Part shown: in pieces, positions 30,667 to 40,777 of the stretch
How positions within the stretch are numbered: the first letter of the stretch is position 1
How the letters are laid out: every line of letters starts with the position of its first letter
Assembly: GCF_916049665.1 (NCBI RefSeq)
Contig: NZ_CAJZIE010000001.1
Location: 1,223-65,222, forward strand
DNA from: an uncultured Rothia sp.
Lineage (GTDB): Bacteria; Actinomycetota; Actinomycetes; Actinomycetales; Micrococcaceae
Direction: 5' to 3'
DNA: 64,000 nt
Made by a program: the position numbers and the translations under genes
Notes under the pieces: generated by a model
Database searches by the model: none
Told to the model about the DNA's origin: nothing
What the model saw: only the letters and a program-made list of their open reading frames with translations

Positions 30667-33021
30667 CTATGCCTTCTTGCGGCGGCGAGTGTACACGACG
30701 GTACCCGCACCGGCCGCGACAGCGATGAAGCCAGCAACCAGGGTGCCCTCAACACCGGACGCACCGGTGGAAGCCAGGGGCTTGCCGGTGACCGGGTCGC
30801 AACCCTCACCCTCGTAGACGGTCTCGGTCACGGTCTTGGTGGTGGTCTTAGCGCCGTTGATTGCTGCGGAGAAGCTCAGCGGAGCCATGTCCTTACCAGC
30901 CTCGTAGAAGCCAGCGAATGCCTTCGCGCCCTCAGCGGTCAGAGCGGTTGCCGCACCGTTGACGCTCACAGCCTCGGCGGAGCTCTGCAGACCGGACAGA
31001 TCCACCTTCAGCAGTGCCACCTCACCGTAGTTAGTTGCCTTGCCGGAGGAGTCATTGCTGTTCATGGTCGCGTAGAGAGTACCGGAATTGCCGTTAATCT
31101 CGAGGCGCGGGTTCGCAATGGTGGTGTCCAGAATGCCGTGGTGACCGGTGAAACGAACCGAACCGCTGAAGGAGATGGAACCCTTACCGCCCTTGAAGGT
31201 GCCGGTGCCGTTAGACCAGTTGAACGCATCCGAAGAGTAGGAGGTGCCGTTCAGCTCCCAGCTACCGTTCGCGATGCCGCCGCGCACGTAGTTGCGGAAG
31301 GAATCACGCACGCCCCAGCCGAGGTTAGCGCTCTTAATGGTGCCGTCGGATGCGCCCTGCTCCTGTACCTCGCGGGTGCGGGTGACGGGTACGCAGACAG
31401 GCTGTGCCGGGTTGTTGCTGACAGAGCCATTCGAGGAGGAACCGCCGTTAGAGACGCTGCCGGAGGTGCCTGCCGAACCACCAGAACCGGAGCCGCTCGC
31501 GCCGGAGTTACCGGAGGAGTTCGAGGAGCTGTTATCGGAGGAGCCGTTCTCAGAACCCTTGTTGTCGGAGGACTTGTCCTCAGAGACGCGCGGAACCTCA
31601 ACGGTGTTCTCCGCGGTCTGCTCGCTGAGCTTTACGGAGAAGCTCAGCGGTGCCATGGCGTTGTCGGAGCCGCGGTACTGGCCCGCGAAGAGAACCTCGG
31701 AGCCTTCATTGGTGAGGGCAACCGCCGCGTTCTGCGCGGAGAAAACCCCGTCCTTCACGCTCGCGCCGGAGAGGTCTACCTCGGCGATAGCCAAGCCGGT
31801 CTTGGAGATGGACTTACCGTCGCGGGTCAGCGCGTCAACATCGGCGACCAAGGTGCCCTTACCGTTGACGACGACCAGGCGCATGTTCTTGATGGTGCTC
31901 TTGAGCTGACCGTTGTGGCCGGTGAACTCTGCGGTGCCCGCAAAGTTGATCTGACCGGTCTTGGTCTCGGGGTTGTACACGCCGGATGCCTGAGTGTACT
32001 TCAGGCCGCCTGCCGCGGTCTTCTCCAGACCGTCAACGTTCACGGAGCCGTGGGCGAAGCTGGTCAGGTACTTCAGGAAGGACTCGCGGATATCCCAGCT
32101 GAGGGTGCCGGACTCGACGACGTTGCCGGTGACCTTCTCTTCACGCTTGGGCTCGGTGGTTGCGGCGGGGGAGGAGGGCACCGCGGAGGTGGGGGCTGCG
32201 CTCGGCGCTGCAGAAGTGGGCTCGGCGGGCTTGGGTGCCTCGCTGGTCGGTGCGGAGGAAGGCTCGCTGCTGGGCTCTGCGGTCGGCGCTGCAGTCGGCT
32301 CGGCGCTGGGCTCAGTGGAAGGTGCGGGCGCGGGTGCTTCCTTGGTCACGATGGTTGCGGAGAAGCCGAGCGCATCCAGCTCCTGACCTGCCTTGTAGAA
32401 GCCGGCGAAGGCGCCGGTTGCCTCTTCGGAGAGCTTGACGCGGGTGCCGTTTTCTTCGTCAACGCTGGGCAGGGTGATGGTGTTACCCTCAACCTTCAGG
32501 CCGGAGGCGTTGAAGGTACCGATGGTCATGTTCTTGGTTTCGACCAGGTCGTTCGGGGTGGTGTTGCCGTTGTAGGGGCGCGACTGAACGTTGGCGCGCA
32601 CGGTGCCCACGCCGTCCTTAATGGTGACGGAGAGGTCGGAGATGATGACTTCCAGCAGGCCGTGGTGTGCGGTGTAGTGGATCGAGGAACCGGTGAAGGT
32701 GACGGAGTATTCGCCGTTGGCTACGGTGCCTTCGGCGGAGGTGAAGTGGTAGGAGCCGTCTTCGTTGGTGGTGACGCCGGTCAGTTCCTGAGAGCCCTGG
32801 GAGAAGGGGCCGTTGATGTAGGAGCGGAAGGACTTCTTCAGACCCCAGTTGACGGTGACGTCCTGCAGGCTCTGCTCTGAGGCTGCGGTTACCTCACTGG
32901 CGCTGATGTGGGAGTTGGTTTCAGCTGCGAAGGCTGCGGGTACGCCGGCGACGCCGCTGAGGCCGATGGTTGCTGAAGCCAAGAACGCCCAAGTGCGCTT
33001 GGTGAGAGAGGGGGTAGACAT
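30667..33021 (-). CDS. htaA: cell-wall-anchored heme-binding protein, HtaA-like, with three CR domains and an LAxTG (LASTG) sortase signal
   Basis: N-terminal signal peptide. Three repeats with the HtaA CR-domain signature (e.g. 'SFRNYV...VRFTGHHGILDTTIANPRLEINGNSGTLYA', with conserved Y and H). Ser/Gly/Asn-rich and Pro/Ala/Glu-rich linkers. C-terminal 'LASTG', a hydrophobic segment and 'RRRKKA'. Adjacent to hmuTUV. Confidence 0.8.
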   Translation of the reverse strand: MSTPSLTKRTWAFLASATIGLSGVAGVPAAFAAETNSHISASEVTAASEQSLQDVTVNWGLKKSFRSYINGPFSQGSQELTGVTTNEDGSYHFTSAEGTVANGEYSVTFTGSSIHYTAHHGLLEVIISDLSVTIKDGVGTVRANVQSRPYNGNTTPNDLVETKNMTIGTFNASGLKVEGNTITLPSVDEENGTRVKLSEEATGAFAGFYKAGQELDALGFSATIVTKEAPAPAPSTEPSAEPTAAPTAEPSSEPSSAPTSEAPKPAEPTSAAPSAAPTSAVPSSPAATTEPKREEKVTGNVVESGTLSWDIRESFLKYLTSFAHGSVNVDGLEKTAAGGLKYTQASGVYNPETKTGQINFAGTAEFTGHNGQLKSTIKNMRLVVVNGKGTLVADVDALTRDGKSISKTGLAIAEVDLSGASVKDGVFSAQNAAVALTNEGSEVLFAGQYRGSDNAMAPLSFSVKLSEQTAENTVEVPRVSEDKSSDNKGSENGSSDNSSSNSSGNSGASGSGSGGSAGTSGSVSNGGSSSNGSVSNNPAQPVCVPVTRTREVQEQGASDGTIKSANLGWGVRDSFRNYVRGGIANGSWELNGTSYSSDAFNWSNGTGTFKGGKGSISFSGSVRFTGHHGILDTTIANPRLEINGNSGTLYATMNSNDSSGKATNYGEVALLKVDLSGLQSSAEAVSVNGAATALTAEGAKAFAGFYEAGKDMAPLSFSAAINGAKTTTKTVTETVYEGEGCDPVTGKPLASTGASGVEGTLVAGFIAVAAGAGTVVYTRRRKKA

Positions 33022-33117
33022 TCGGTGTCTCCTTGAATTAGTGATTGTGGTGTTCGTATCAAGTCTAGACCTATTAGCCTATGTTTGTGTAACTTAATGC
33101 CTAGGGTGACTTGTGCA

Positions 33118-33134
33118 TAAGGTTTACCTTAGCA
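33118..33134. promoter_or_regulatory. DtxR/IdeR-like palindrome (TAAGGTTTACCTTA) in the htaA-hmuO divergent region
   Basis: Perfect 6-2-6 palindrome resembling the iron-box half-sites TTAGG...CCTAA. Lies ~100 bp upstream of the htaA start. Confidence 0.4.
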
Positions 33135-33167
33135 AATTTTTTGTGGGGGCTATTGCCAAAACTGGTT

Positions 33168-33211
33168 TTTGGTGACAATATGTCATTAACAGTTTGGTGA
33201 CACAGTGTCAT
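33168..33211. promoter_or_regulatory. two tandem palindromic operators (TTTGGTGACA-N-TGTCAT) upstream of hmuO
   Basis: 'tttggtgacaatatgtcat' and 'tttggtgacacagtgtcat' are spaced 25 bp apart, at -88 to -45 relative to the hmuO ATG. Confidence 0.5.
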
Positions 33212-33255
33212 CAAAACCTTTATTGTTCACCCACAAGTCGCTATAGGAGCTCACC

Positions 33256-33918
33256 ATGACTATTACCGCCCCCGAAACCACCCAGGAACGCTTCTCCGCA
33301 CGCCTGAAGGAAAGCACCAAGCACGTCCACGACAACGCCGAACACTCCACCTTCATGGAAGACCTCATGGGCGGCGCCCTCAACACCGAGGCATACCTGC
33401 GCCTCATCAACCAGTACGTGCACATCTACGAAGCACTCGAAGCAGTCTCCGCACACTACCGCGCAGAACCCAACCCCATCACCGAACCCTTCACCCAGCC
33501 CGGCCTCGACCGCGCAGAATACATCCGTGCAGACATCCGCGCACTCGGCCAGGAAGGCGACATCGATGCGCCCCTGCCCGCAACCGCAGAGTACGTAGAG
33601 CGCATCCGCGCCACCATCAACTCCCCCGAACGCTACCTCGCACACCACTACCTGCGCTACCTCGGCGACCTCTCCGGCGGCCAGGCCGTCGCAGCGCTCG
33701 TCAACCGCCACTACGGCATCCCCGCCGAAGCACTGAGCATGTACCGCTTCACCGAACTGCCCAAGCCCAAGGTCTTCAAGGACGGCTACCGCGAACTGCT
33801 CGACAACGCACCCCTGACCGACGAACAGCGCGAGGCCCTCATCGAAGAGTGCATCGAAGGCTTCCGCATCAACGCCTCCCTGTTCGCGCAGCTGGGCCGC
33901 CAGGTCGCTGAGGCATAA
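33256..33918 (+). CDS. hmuO: heme oxygenase
   Basis: 'FSARLKESTKHVHDNAEHSTFMEDLM' matches the heme oxygenase proximal-helix region (catalytic His). 220 aa. RBS 'aggag'. Divergent from the htaA-hmuTUV cluster. Confidence 0.85.
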   Translation: MTITAPETTQERFSARLKESTKHVHDNAEHSTFMEDLMGGALNTEAYLRLINQYVHIYEALEAVSAHYRAEPNPITEPFTQPGLDRAEYIRADIRALGQEGDIDAPLPATAEYVERIRATINSPERYLAHHYLRYLGDLSGGQAVAALVNRHYGIPAEALSMYRFTELPKPKVFKDGYRELLDNAPLTDEQREALIEECIEGFRINASLFAQLGRQVAEA

Positions 33919-33993
33919 ACCCAGAACGCGCATAAACAGAACGCCTCAACGCACAACCTCTCACCGCTCAGTGCACAAGCCCGCGGGCATAAC

Positions 33994-34029
33994 AAAAGGG
34001 CGGATGCTTTCACAAGCATCCGCCCCTTT
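33994..34029. terminator. bidirectional terminator between hmuO (+) and purL (-)
   Basis: AAAA-'gggcggatgctt tcac aagcatccgccc'-TTT. Confidence 0.65.
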
Positions 34030-34056
34030 CGGCGTTAGTCTCAAACTAGTCGAAGA

Positions 34057-36375
34057 CTAGCCCTTCGCAACCTCACCGAAGTAAGAAGCGAGAGTACCCT
34101 CGTGAGCTGCACGCAGCTCATCCAGGTCAATGGAAACCTCATCCTGGAAGTCCAGAGCGTTCGACGCAGCATCCACCACACCAATACGTGCGAAGGGGAA
34201 CTGGCGAGCGGTGCACATATCCTTGAAGCGCACCTCCTCAGAACGCGGAACCGAAACCACAACGCGGCCCAGGGACTCCGAGAACAGCAGGGTGAACAGG
34301 TCCAGACCGTCACGCTCAGCAACCTCACCCAGACCAATGCGGGCACCGGTGTTGAAACGCAGGCAAGCCTCCGACAGAGCGGCAGCCAGACCACCAGCAG
34401 ACACGTCGTGTGCGGCATCAATCATGCCGTCACGAGACATGTTCACCAGCATGTCACCCAGCTGACGCTCCAGAGCCAGATCAACCTTCGGCGGCTGACC
34501 GCCCAGGTGACCCTTGAAGCGAGCCCACTCGGAGCCGTCCAGCTCATCGCGGGTGGTACCCAGCAGGTAGATAGCCTGACCATCATGCTCAGGAGCCCAA
34601 CCCGACGGGGTGCGGCGGGTGACGTCATCCATAACGCCCATCATCGCCACCACGGGGGTCGGGTTAATAGCCTTGCCACCGGTCTGGTTGTACAGGGACA
34701 CGTTACCGCCGGTCACCGGAACACCCAGCTCCATGCAACCGTCAGCCAGGCCGCGAACAGCCTCAGCGAACTGCCACATGACGTCCGGATCCTCGGGAGA
34801 ACCGAAGTTCAGGCAGTCAGACACAGCCACGGGGCGTGCACCAACGGTAGCCACGTTACGGTACGCCTCAGCCAAGGACGCGCGAGCACCCTCGTACGGA
34901 TCCAGGTAGGTGAAACGCGGGGAGGCGTCGGTCGCCAGAGCAACACCGAGGTTGGTGTTCTCGTCCACGCGCACCACGCCGCCGTCATCCGGCATGGACA
35001 GGGCGGTGTTGCCCTGAACGTAGCGGTCGTACTGGTTGGTAATCCAGGACTTGGAGCACATGTTCGGGGACGCCATGAACGCCTTGATTGCCTCGCCCAG
35101 CTCCTTGCCACGCGGGCGGGATTCGTCAGCAGCCGAACCGGTGAAGTGGTTAGCCTGAACATCGTCCTGCCACTCGGGGCGTGCGTAGGGACGCTCGTAG
35201 GTGGGGCCGTCGTGTGCAACGGTGCGGGGGTCAACGTCCACGATGACCTCGCCGTCCCACTCGATGACCAGGCGACCGGAGTCGGTCACCTCACCGAGGA
35301 AGGAGTACTCCACGCCCCACTTGTTCATGATCGCTTCGAAGCGCTCCACGTTCTCAGGGGAGACAACAGCCATCATGCGTTCCTGAGACTCAGACATCAG
35401 AATCTCGCCGGGGGTCAGGGTGGGGTCACGCAGCAGAACCTTGGTCAGGTCGACGTGCATGCCGCCTTCACCGTTAGAAGCCAGCTCGCTGGTTGCGCAG
35501 GAAATACCCGCAGCACCCAGGTCCTGAATACCCTCAACCACGGAGCCCTTGAACAGCTCCAGGCAGCACTCAATCAGAACCTTCTCAGCGAAGGGGTCGC
35601 CCACCTGAACGGCAGGACGCTTCGAGGGCTTGGTATCATCGAAGGACTCCGACGCCAGCACCGACGCACCGCCGATGCCGTCGCCACCGGTGCGCGCACC
35701 GAAGAGGACAACCTTGTTGCCCACGCCCGATGCGTTCGCCAGGCGGATGTCCTCGTGGCGCATAATGCCCACAGCCAGTGCGTTGACCAGCGGGTTTGCC
35801 TGGTAGCAGGAATCGAACTCAACCTCGCCACCGATGTTCGGCAGGCCCAGGGAGTTACCGTAACCACCAATACCAGCAACCACGCCGCCAATAACGCGGG
35901 CGGTGTCCGGGTGATCAATCGCGCCGAAACGCAGCGGATCCATCACAGCAATCGGGCGTGCACCCATCGAAATAATGTCACGCACAATACCGCCCACACC
36001 GGTCGCAGCACCCTGGTAGGGCTCCACGTACGAGGGGTGGTTGTGAGACTCAATCTTGAAGGTAACAGCCCAGCCGTCACCAATATCGGTCACACCGGCG
36101 TTCTCACCGATACCGACCATCAGGTCCTTCTTCATCTCATCGGTGACCTTCGCACCGAACTGCTTCAGATGAACCTTAGAAGACTTGTAGGAGCAGTGCT
36201 CGGACCACATGACCGAGTACATTGCCAGCTCAGCCGCGGTAGGGCGGCGACCCAGAATCTCCTTAATGTCCTCGAACTCGTTCTCCTTCAGGCCCAGTTC
36301 AGCCCAGGGGAGTTCGGTGTCCGGGGTTGCCGCCGCGTGCTCGACGGTGTCGAGGTTAAACTGCTTTTCGCTCAT
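34057..36375 (-). CDS. purL: phosphoribosylformylglycinamidine synthase subunit PurL
   Basis: 772 aa. N-terminal '[17 protein letters not shown]' and two PurM-like domains. Confidence 0.9.
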   Translation of the reverse strand: MSEKQFNLDTVEHAAATPDTELPWAELGLKENEFEDIKEILGRRPTAAELAMYSVMWSEHCSYKSSKVHLKQFGAKVTDEMKKDLMVGIGENAGVTDIGDGWAVTFKIESHNHPSYVEPYQGAATGVGGIVRDIISMGARPIAVMDPLRFGAIDHPDTARVIGGVVAGIGGYGNSLGLPNIGGEVEFDSCYQANPLVNALAVGIMRHEDIRLANASGVGNKVVLFGARTGGDGIGGASVLASESFDDTKPSKRPAVQVGDPFAEKVLIECCLELFKGSVVEGIQDLGAAGISCATSELASNGEGGMHVDLTKVLLRDPTLTPGEILMSESQERMMAVVSPENVERFEAIMNKWGVEYSFLGEVTDSGRLVIEWDGEVIVDVDPRTVAHDGPTYERPYARPEWQDDVQANHFTGSAADESRPRGKELGEAIKAFMASPNMCSKSWITNQYDRYVQGNTALSMPDDGGVVRVDENTNLGVALATDASPRFTYLDPYEGARASLAEAYRNVATVGARPVAVSDCLNFGSPEDPDVMWQFAEAVRGLADGCMELGVPVTGGNVSLYNQTGGKAINPTPVVAMMGVMDDVTRRTPSGWAPEHDGQAIYLLGTTRDELDGSEWARFKGHLGGQPPKVDLALERQLGDMLVNMSRDGMIDAAHDVSAGGLAAALSEACLRFNTGARIGLGEVAERDGLDLFTLLFSESLGRVVVSVPRSEEVRFKDMCTARQFPFARIGVVDAASNALDFQDEVSIDLDELRAAHEGTLASYFGEVAKG

Positions 36376-36400
36376 AACTTCTTAGAATCCTTGTCGTGCG

Positions 36401-37213
36401 TTAGCGGGCGTTAATCAGGTTGGCAAGAACCGAGGTGAACACGCCGAGACCATCGGCGCCACCGCGCAGAGAAACCTCACCAAAACCGGAAGAGGAAGGA
36501 CCGAAGCCGGGCTCCACAGCGTGCTCCGGGTGCGGCATCAGGCCGACCACGTTACCGCGCTCATTGCTGATGCCAGCAATGTCGTTACGGGAACCGTTCG
36601 GGTTGAAACCAACGTAGCGGAACACCACGCGGCCCTCAGCCTCCAGCGCCTCCAGGGTCTTCGCGTCAGCAACATACTGACCGTCCTGGTTCTTCAGAGG
36701 AACAACAATCTCCTGGCCTGCAGCGTAATCGCTCGTCCAGGAGGTGGAGTTATTCTCAATGCGCAGAACCTGGTCACGGCAAATGAACTTGCGGTGATCG
36801 TTCTTAATCATCGAACCGGGCAGCAGGTGAGACTCAGTCAGAATCTGGAAACCATTGCAAATACCCAGAACAGGCAGGGGTGAAGAACCGGAGGTACCAG
36901 CAGCGTTAGCGGCATCAATCACCGAACGCATCACGGGAGCCTTCGCAGCAATAGCGCCGGCACGCAGGTAGTCACCGTAGGAGAAACCGCCGGGAATAAT
37001 GACGGCGTCAACGTTCTTCAGGTCAGCGTCGTCGTGCCACAGCTCAACGACGGTACCGCCAGCCAGACGGACAGCACGCGCAGCGTCACGGTCATCCAGA
37101 GTGCCGGGGAAAGTCACCACACCAACGCGTGCATCAGCGAAGGCGGGGTTCGGGGAATAAGTAGAAAAGTCGCCAACCAGGGGGACTTCAGTAGGTGCGA
37201 GGGACTCTGCCAT
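36401..37213 (-). CDS. purQ: phosphoribosylformylglycinamidine synthase glutamine amidotransferase subunit PurQ
   Basis: '[19 protein letters not shown]' and the catalytic region match PurQ. SD 'ggagga' precedes the ATG at 37213. It carries a ~28 aa N-terminal extension relative to typical PurQ. Confidence 0.8.
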   Translation of the reverse strand: MAESLAPTEVPLVGDFSTYSPNPAFADARVGVVTFPGTLDDRDAARAVRLAGGTVVELWHDDADLKNVDAVIIPGGFSYGDYLRAGAIAAKAPVMRSVIDAANAAGTSGSSPLPVLGICNGFQILTESHLLPGSMIKNDHRKFICRDQVLRIENNSTSWTSDYAAGQEIVVPLKNQDGQYVADAKTLEALEAEGRVVFRYVGFNPNGSRNDIAGISNERGNVVGLMPHPEHAVEPGFGPSSSGFGEVSLRGGADGLGVFTSVLANLINAR

Positions 37214-37218
37214 AGGTA

Positions 37219-37473
37219 TTAGTCCTCCAGAACCGAAACGTTCACAACGTCTTCGATGACGGGGTTCGACAGCAGCTCTTCAGCAGCCTTGCGGGCAGCT
37301 GCGAGGTGCTCCTCAGTAGCCTCACCCTCGACGGTCAGCTCGAAGCGCTTACCCTGGCGAACATCCACGAAGGAATCAACGCCGATACGGGGCAGTTCGT
37401 GAGAAATAGCCTTACCCTGCGGGTCAAGAATTTCGGGCTTGAGCATAACATCAACAACAATACGGGCCATGTG
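37219..37473 (-). CDS. purS: phosphoribosylformylglycinamidine synthase subunit PurS
   Basis: '[22 protein letters not shown]...' is the canonical ~84 aa PurS. The track ORF extends upstream to 37518, but the Met at 37473 fits the PurS N-terminus. Confidence 0.8.
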   Translation of the reverse strand, partial: HMARIVVDVMLKPEILDPQGKAISHELPRIGVDSFVDVRQGKRFELTVEGEATEEHLAAARKAAEELLSNPVIEDVVNVSVLED

Positions 37474-37592
37474 TGGGCACTCCTTGGGTGCGTGGGTTCT
37501 GTATGAGCCGTATCTCATCTTACCGTACTAACGACCGTAACGGGGGTATGCGTTCGGTTGGTGGATACCCTAAGAGGCTCGAATCACGTCTT

Positions 37593-38543
37593 TTACGCCT
37601 CGAGGGGCGGAAGATAGCGCTCGCACACCGCAAGCAGGCGCTCACGCAGCTCAATCGAACGCTCCGACAGCTCACGCTGAATCCGCACGTACTCGGCCTT
37701 ACCCTCGGTCGTCTCCACCGGAATCGGCTCGTACCCCCAGTCACGAATATCGTAGGGGGCCGCGCGCATATCCAGTTCGCGCGCATCCCACGCCAGATCG
37801 AAACAATCCATGACCAGGGTCGAATCAACCAGCGGCAGAAGCTTGTACGCCCACTTGTACACGTCCATATTCGCGTGCAGGCATGCCGGCTGCTCCAGTA
37901 CGCGCTGCAACTCGCGGGTCGGCTGTAGCTCGTTCATCGGTGCTGCCTGCGGCATGAAGAAACGGAACGCATCAAAGTGCGAGCAGCGGATGCGGTGCTC
38001 CTCCACCACGCGGTCCGTGCCCTCCGCACCCAGGCGCAGCTGTAGGTAGTCGTGGCGGATATTGTTCTCCACCGACTTGTACGCCATCGCCCACTCGTGC
38101 ATGCCGAAGCATCCGAACTGGCCCTTCTTCGCGGCGGTGTTGCGCAGGATCTCGTGGGTGAAGGCGAGAGCGGTAGCACGGCGCTCCACAAAATCGGTGA
38201 CGTCCACAGTGACGGCGGAGGCGGCATCCACCCGGGCACGCGCCTGCTCGGGGGTGCAACCCGCCTCGAGCAGCTCCCGCTCGGTTGCGAGGCGGTAAAA
38301 ACGCCAGGAGGCGCGCTCGGGCGCATCCAGCAGAATGACCCCGGCGCCGGGGTGCCAGCGCTTGAACTGGCCGGGCTTGAGAGTGTAGTAGGTGAAGAGG
38401 AAGTCCTCAACGGGGTGCACCTCGTGGCGGGCGCGACGCTGCGCAAACGGGTCAGCGTAGCGGCCGGCACGCGCCTCATGCGCTACCGCGGCGGCACGCC
38501 ACTCGGAGCCATCCATCACCTGGGAAAACACAACACTACTCAT
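37593..38543 (-). CDS. conserved hypothetical protein (resembles an actinobacterial family annotated as '3-methyladenine DNA glycosylase'-like)
   Basis: 316 aa with coding GC3 bias and motifs 'FTYYTLKPGQ' and 'GMHEWAMAY'. Family assignment is from memory and is uncertain. Confidence 0.4.
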   Translation of the reverse strand: MSSVVFSQVMDGSEWRAAAVAHEARAGRYADPFAQRRARHEVHPVEDFLFTYYTLKPGQFKRWHPGAGVILLDAPERASWRFYRLATERELLEAGCTPEQARARVDAASAVTVDVTDFVERRATALAFTHEILRNTAAKKGQFGCFGMHEWAMAYKSVENNIRHDYLQLRLGAEGTDRVVEEHRIRCSHFDAFRFFMPQAAPMNELQPTRELQRVLEQPACLHANMDVYKWAYKLLPLVDSTLVMDCFDLAWDARELDMRAAPYDIRDWGYEPIPVETTEGKAEYVRIQRELSERSIELRERLLAVCERYLPPLEA

Positions 38544-38595
38544 GCTTCTAGCCTAAACGATGCCGCGACAAGGTAGTGCAGGAGGTTAAGCGACT

Positions 38596-39153
38596 TCATT
38601 CAGTGAAGGTGCCAACAAGGCCGTGTTCCTCCTCGAGCTCCCAGAGCTCTTTGAGGGCTTGCTCCTTCTGCGAAACAGCCTTCTTGAGCAGCTCCTTGCG
38701 GAAAGCGTCAGCATCCTCAGTACGGATACGGAAGTGGCTACCCACCTTATGCGCAGGCAGTTCACCGGTACGAATAGCCTTCATAAGCGTGGGACGGGAA
38801 ATACCGATACGCTGAGCCGCAACGGTCGTCGTCAAATCGTGAGGGACAACCTGAACGTCAATACTCTGGCCCTGCGCTAGGGCGTGGAGAACGTGCTGAA
38901 TGACCTGGTTGAGGGCATCACCAAGCTGCTGGCTTTCTCGGCCTGAAACAGTCAGCTCAATAGTGGTTTCTTCAGAGTTCTTAAGAATCTCCCGTGCCTC
39001 TGCGCGAGCCTGGTTGAGGGTATCTTCCTCCAGAGGACTGATTAGGGCGGTGGTCATCATCTTCTCCTTGGGGTTGGGTGAATAAGCGTCTGAAGGCACC
39101 ACGTCGATGGGGTGCATATCATCCGGTGAGAGGCTCATCCATGGTTGATACAA
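38596..39153 (-). CDS. helix-turn-helix DNA-binding protein, excisionase/MerR-like HTH (start may be the internal 'MMTTAL' ~39058)
   Basis: HTH 'LTTTVAAQRIGISRPTLMKAIRTGELPAHKVGSHFRI' followed by a charged coiled-coil-like tail. Confidence 0.6.
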   Translation of the reverse strand: MYQPWMSLSPDDMHPIDVVPSDAYSPNPKEKMMTTALISPLEEDTLNQARAEAREILKNSEETTIELTVSGRESQQLGDALNQVIQHVLHALAQGQSIDVQVVPHDLTTTVAAQRIGISRPTLMKAIRTGELPAHKVGSHFRIRTEDADAFRKELLKKAVSQKEQALKELWELEEEHGLVGTFTE

Positions 39154-39163
39154 CCTTACCCCT

Positions 39164-39201
39164 AACTGAAATAACTGTAAAGCATTTCAGTTATTTCAGT
39201 T
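39164..39201. promoter_or_regulatory. 14-bp perfect inverted repeat (AACTGAAATAACTG-N10-CAGTTATTTCAGTT), AT-rich, immediately upstream of the HTH gene
   Basis: Read directly from the sequence. Unusually AT-rich for this genome. Candidate operator. Confidence 0.5.
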
Positions 39202-39207
39202 GTAGGC

Positions 39208-39256
39208 AGAAAAAGGGGAGGGGCGGTACTGGAATAAACCAGCACCGCCCCTCCCG
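39208..39256 (-). terminator. rho-independent terminator of lysC (minus strand)
   Basis: 12-bp perfect stem 'gggaggggcggt...accgcccctccc' with a U-run on the minus strand (AAAAA on the plus strand at 39210-39214). Confidence 0.75.
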
Positions 39257-39293
39257 AAGCGTGCAGCTCACAAACGAGCTAACCACCTAAACC

Positions 39294-40589
39294 TTAGCGG
39301 CCAGTACCACCGTAAACAGTAGCCTCACCCTCGGCATCCAGACCGAACGCAGTGTGCACCGCGCGAACAGCCTCATCCAGCTTGCTCAGCTCAGTAATCA
39401 CCGAAATACGGATCTCAGAGGTCGAAATCATGTCAATGTTCACGCCAGCAGCAGACAGTGCCTCGAAGAAGGTGAACGAAACACCCGGGTTGGTCTTCAT
39501 ACCCGCGCCAACCAGCGACAGCTTACCAACCGACTCGTTGTAAATAACCTCCTGGAAGCCCAGCTCAGCCTTAGCATCCTCCAGAGCCTTCAGCGCGGTC
39601 GGGCCCTGCGCCTGATCCAGAGTGAAGGAAATATCGGTCACGCCCGGGCGGTCAGTGGGAACGTTCTGAACAATCATGTCCAGGTTCACCTTCGCCTCGT
39701 TCAGCAGGCCGAACACCTTCGCTGCCGAACCGGGAACATCCGGAACACCAACAACGGTAATCTTTGCGCGGGTGCGATCATGCGCAACACCAGAAATCAG
39801 GGGCTGTTCCAAGGGAATCTCCTTCAGATGGGTGGGGGTCAGTTCCGCGGACTCCTCCGGGATCACAATGGTGCCTTCAAGGTTCGAGAACGAAGAACGC
39901 ACGTGAAGCTTCAAATTAAAACGACGAGCATACTCGACACTGCGCAGGTGCAGAATCTTCGCACCATTCGCCGCCATCTCCAGCATCTCCTCGCTAGTGA
40001 CGGTATCCAGCTTATGCGCGGTCGGCACGATGCGCGGGTCGGCAGTGAACACGCCGTCAACATCCGAGTAAATCTCGCACACATCAGCGTTCAGGGCAGC
40101 AGCCAGAGCAACAGCGGTCGTATCAGAACCGCCGCGGCCCAGGGTCGTAATGTCGCCGCTCTGACGGTTCATGCCCTGGAAACCAGCCACAATCGCAATG
40201 TTGCCAGCCTCAATCGACTCACGGATACGGTCAGGGTTGACCTCCACCAGACGCGCAGAACCGTGCACGCCGTCAGTAATCATGCCTGCCTGAGAACCAG
40301 TGAAAGACTGGGCCTTAGCACCCAGGTCGTTAATAGCCATCGATAGGATGGCAGTCGAAATGCGTTCACCGGCAGTCAGCAGCATGTCCAGCTCACGGGA
40401 AGGAGTGACATTGCTGGTGACTTCTGCGGCAAGGTCGAGCAGCTCATCGGTGGTGTCACCCATAGCGGACACCACGACGACCACATCGTTACCTGCCTTC
40501 TGAGTGTCCACGACGCGGCGGGCAACGCGCTTGACGCCCTCCGCATCCGCTACGGAGGAACCGCCGAACTTTTGGACGATCAGGCTCAT
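39294..40589 (-). CDS. lysC: aspartate kinase
   Basis: '[27 protein letters not shown]...[15 protein letters not shown]' plus C-terminal tandem ACT domains. SD 'ggag' precedes the ATG at 40589 (track ORF extends to 40643). Confidence 0.9.
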   Translation of the reverse strand: MSLIVQKFGGSSVADAEGVKRVARRVVDTQKAGNDVVVVVSAMGDTTDELLDLAAEVTSNVTPSRELDMLLTAGERISTAILSMAINDLGAKAQSFTGSQAGMITDGVHGSARLVEVNPDRIRESIEAGNIAIVAGFQGMNRQSGDITTLGRGGSDTTAVALAAALNADVCEIYSDVDGVFTADPRIVPTAHKLDTVTSEEMLEMAANGAKILHLRSVEYARRFNLKLHVRSSFSNLEGTIVIPEESAELTPTHLKEIPLEQPLISGVAHDRTRAKITVVGVPDVPGSAAKVFGLLNEAKVNLDMIVQNVPTDRPGVTDISFTLDQAQGPTALKALEDAKAELGFQEVIYNESVGKLSLVGAGMKTNPGVSFTFFEALSAAGVNIDMISTSEIRISVITELSKLDEAVRAVHTAFGLDAEGEATVYGGTGR

Positions 40590-40777
40590 AGATATCTCCA
40601 GGTCAGTTACTTTGTGTGCTACCGGCAGACGCCGGCTCCTCACCTATAGTAGACGGCGTTCAGTGCAGGCGGCGAACTGCACCCCCGTATGTATTGCCCC
40701 GTGAAATATTACGTAGTATTACGCGGTAGCGACGCGGGGTGCGGAGGCGGGTACAGCAAGCCCTCGGAAGCGAGTTT

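Noticed and set aside
37219-37518. The longer 99-aa PurS ORF start at 37518.
   Set aside because: The canonical PurS N-terminus 'MARIVVDV' begins at the Met at 37473. The upstream 15 codons ([16 protein letters not shown]) are not PurS-like.
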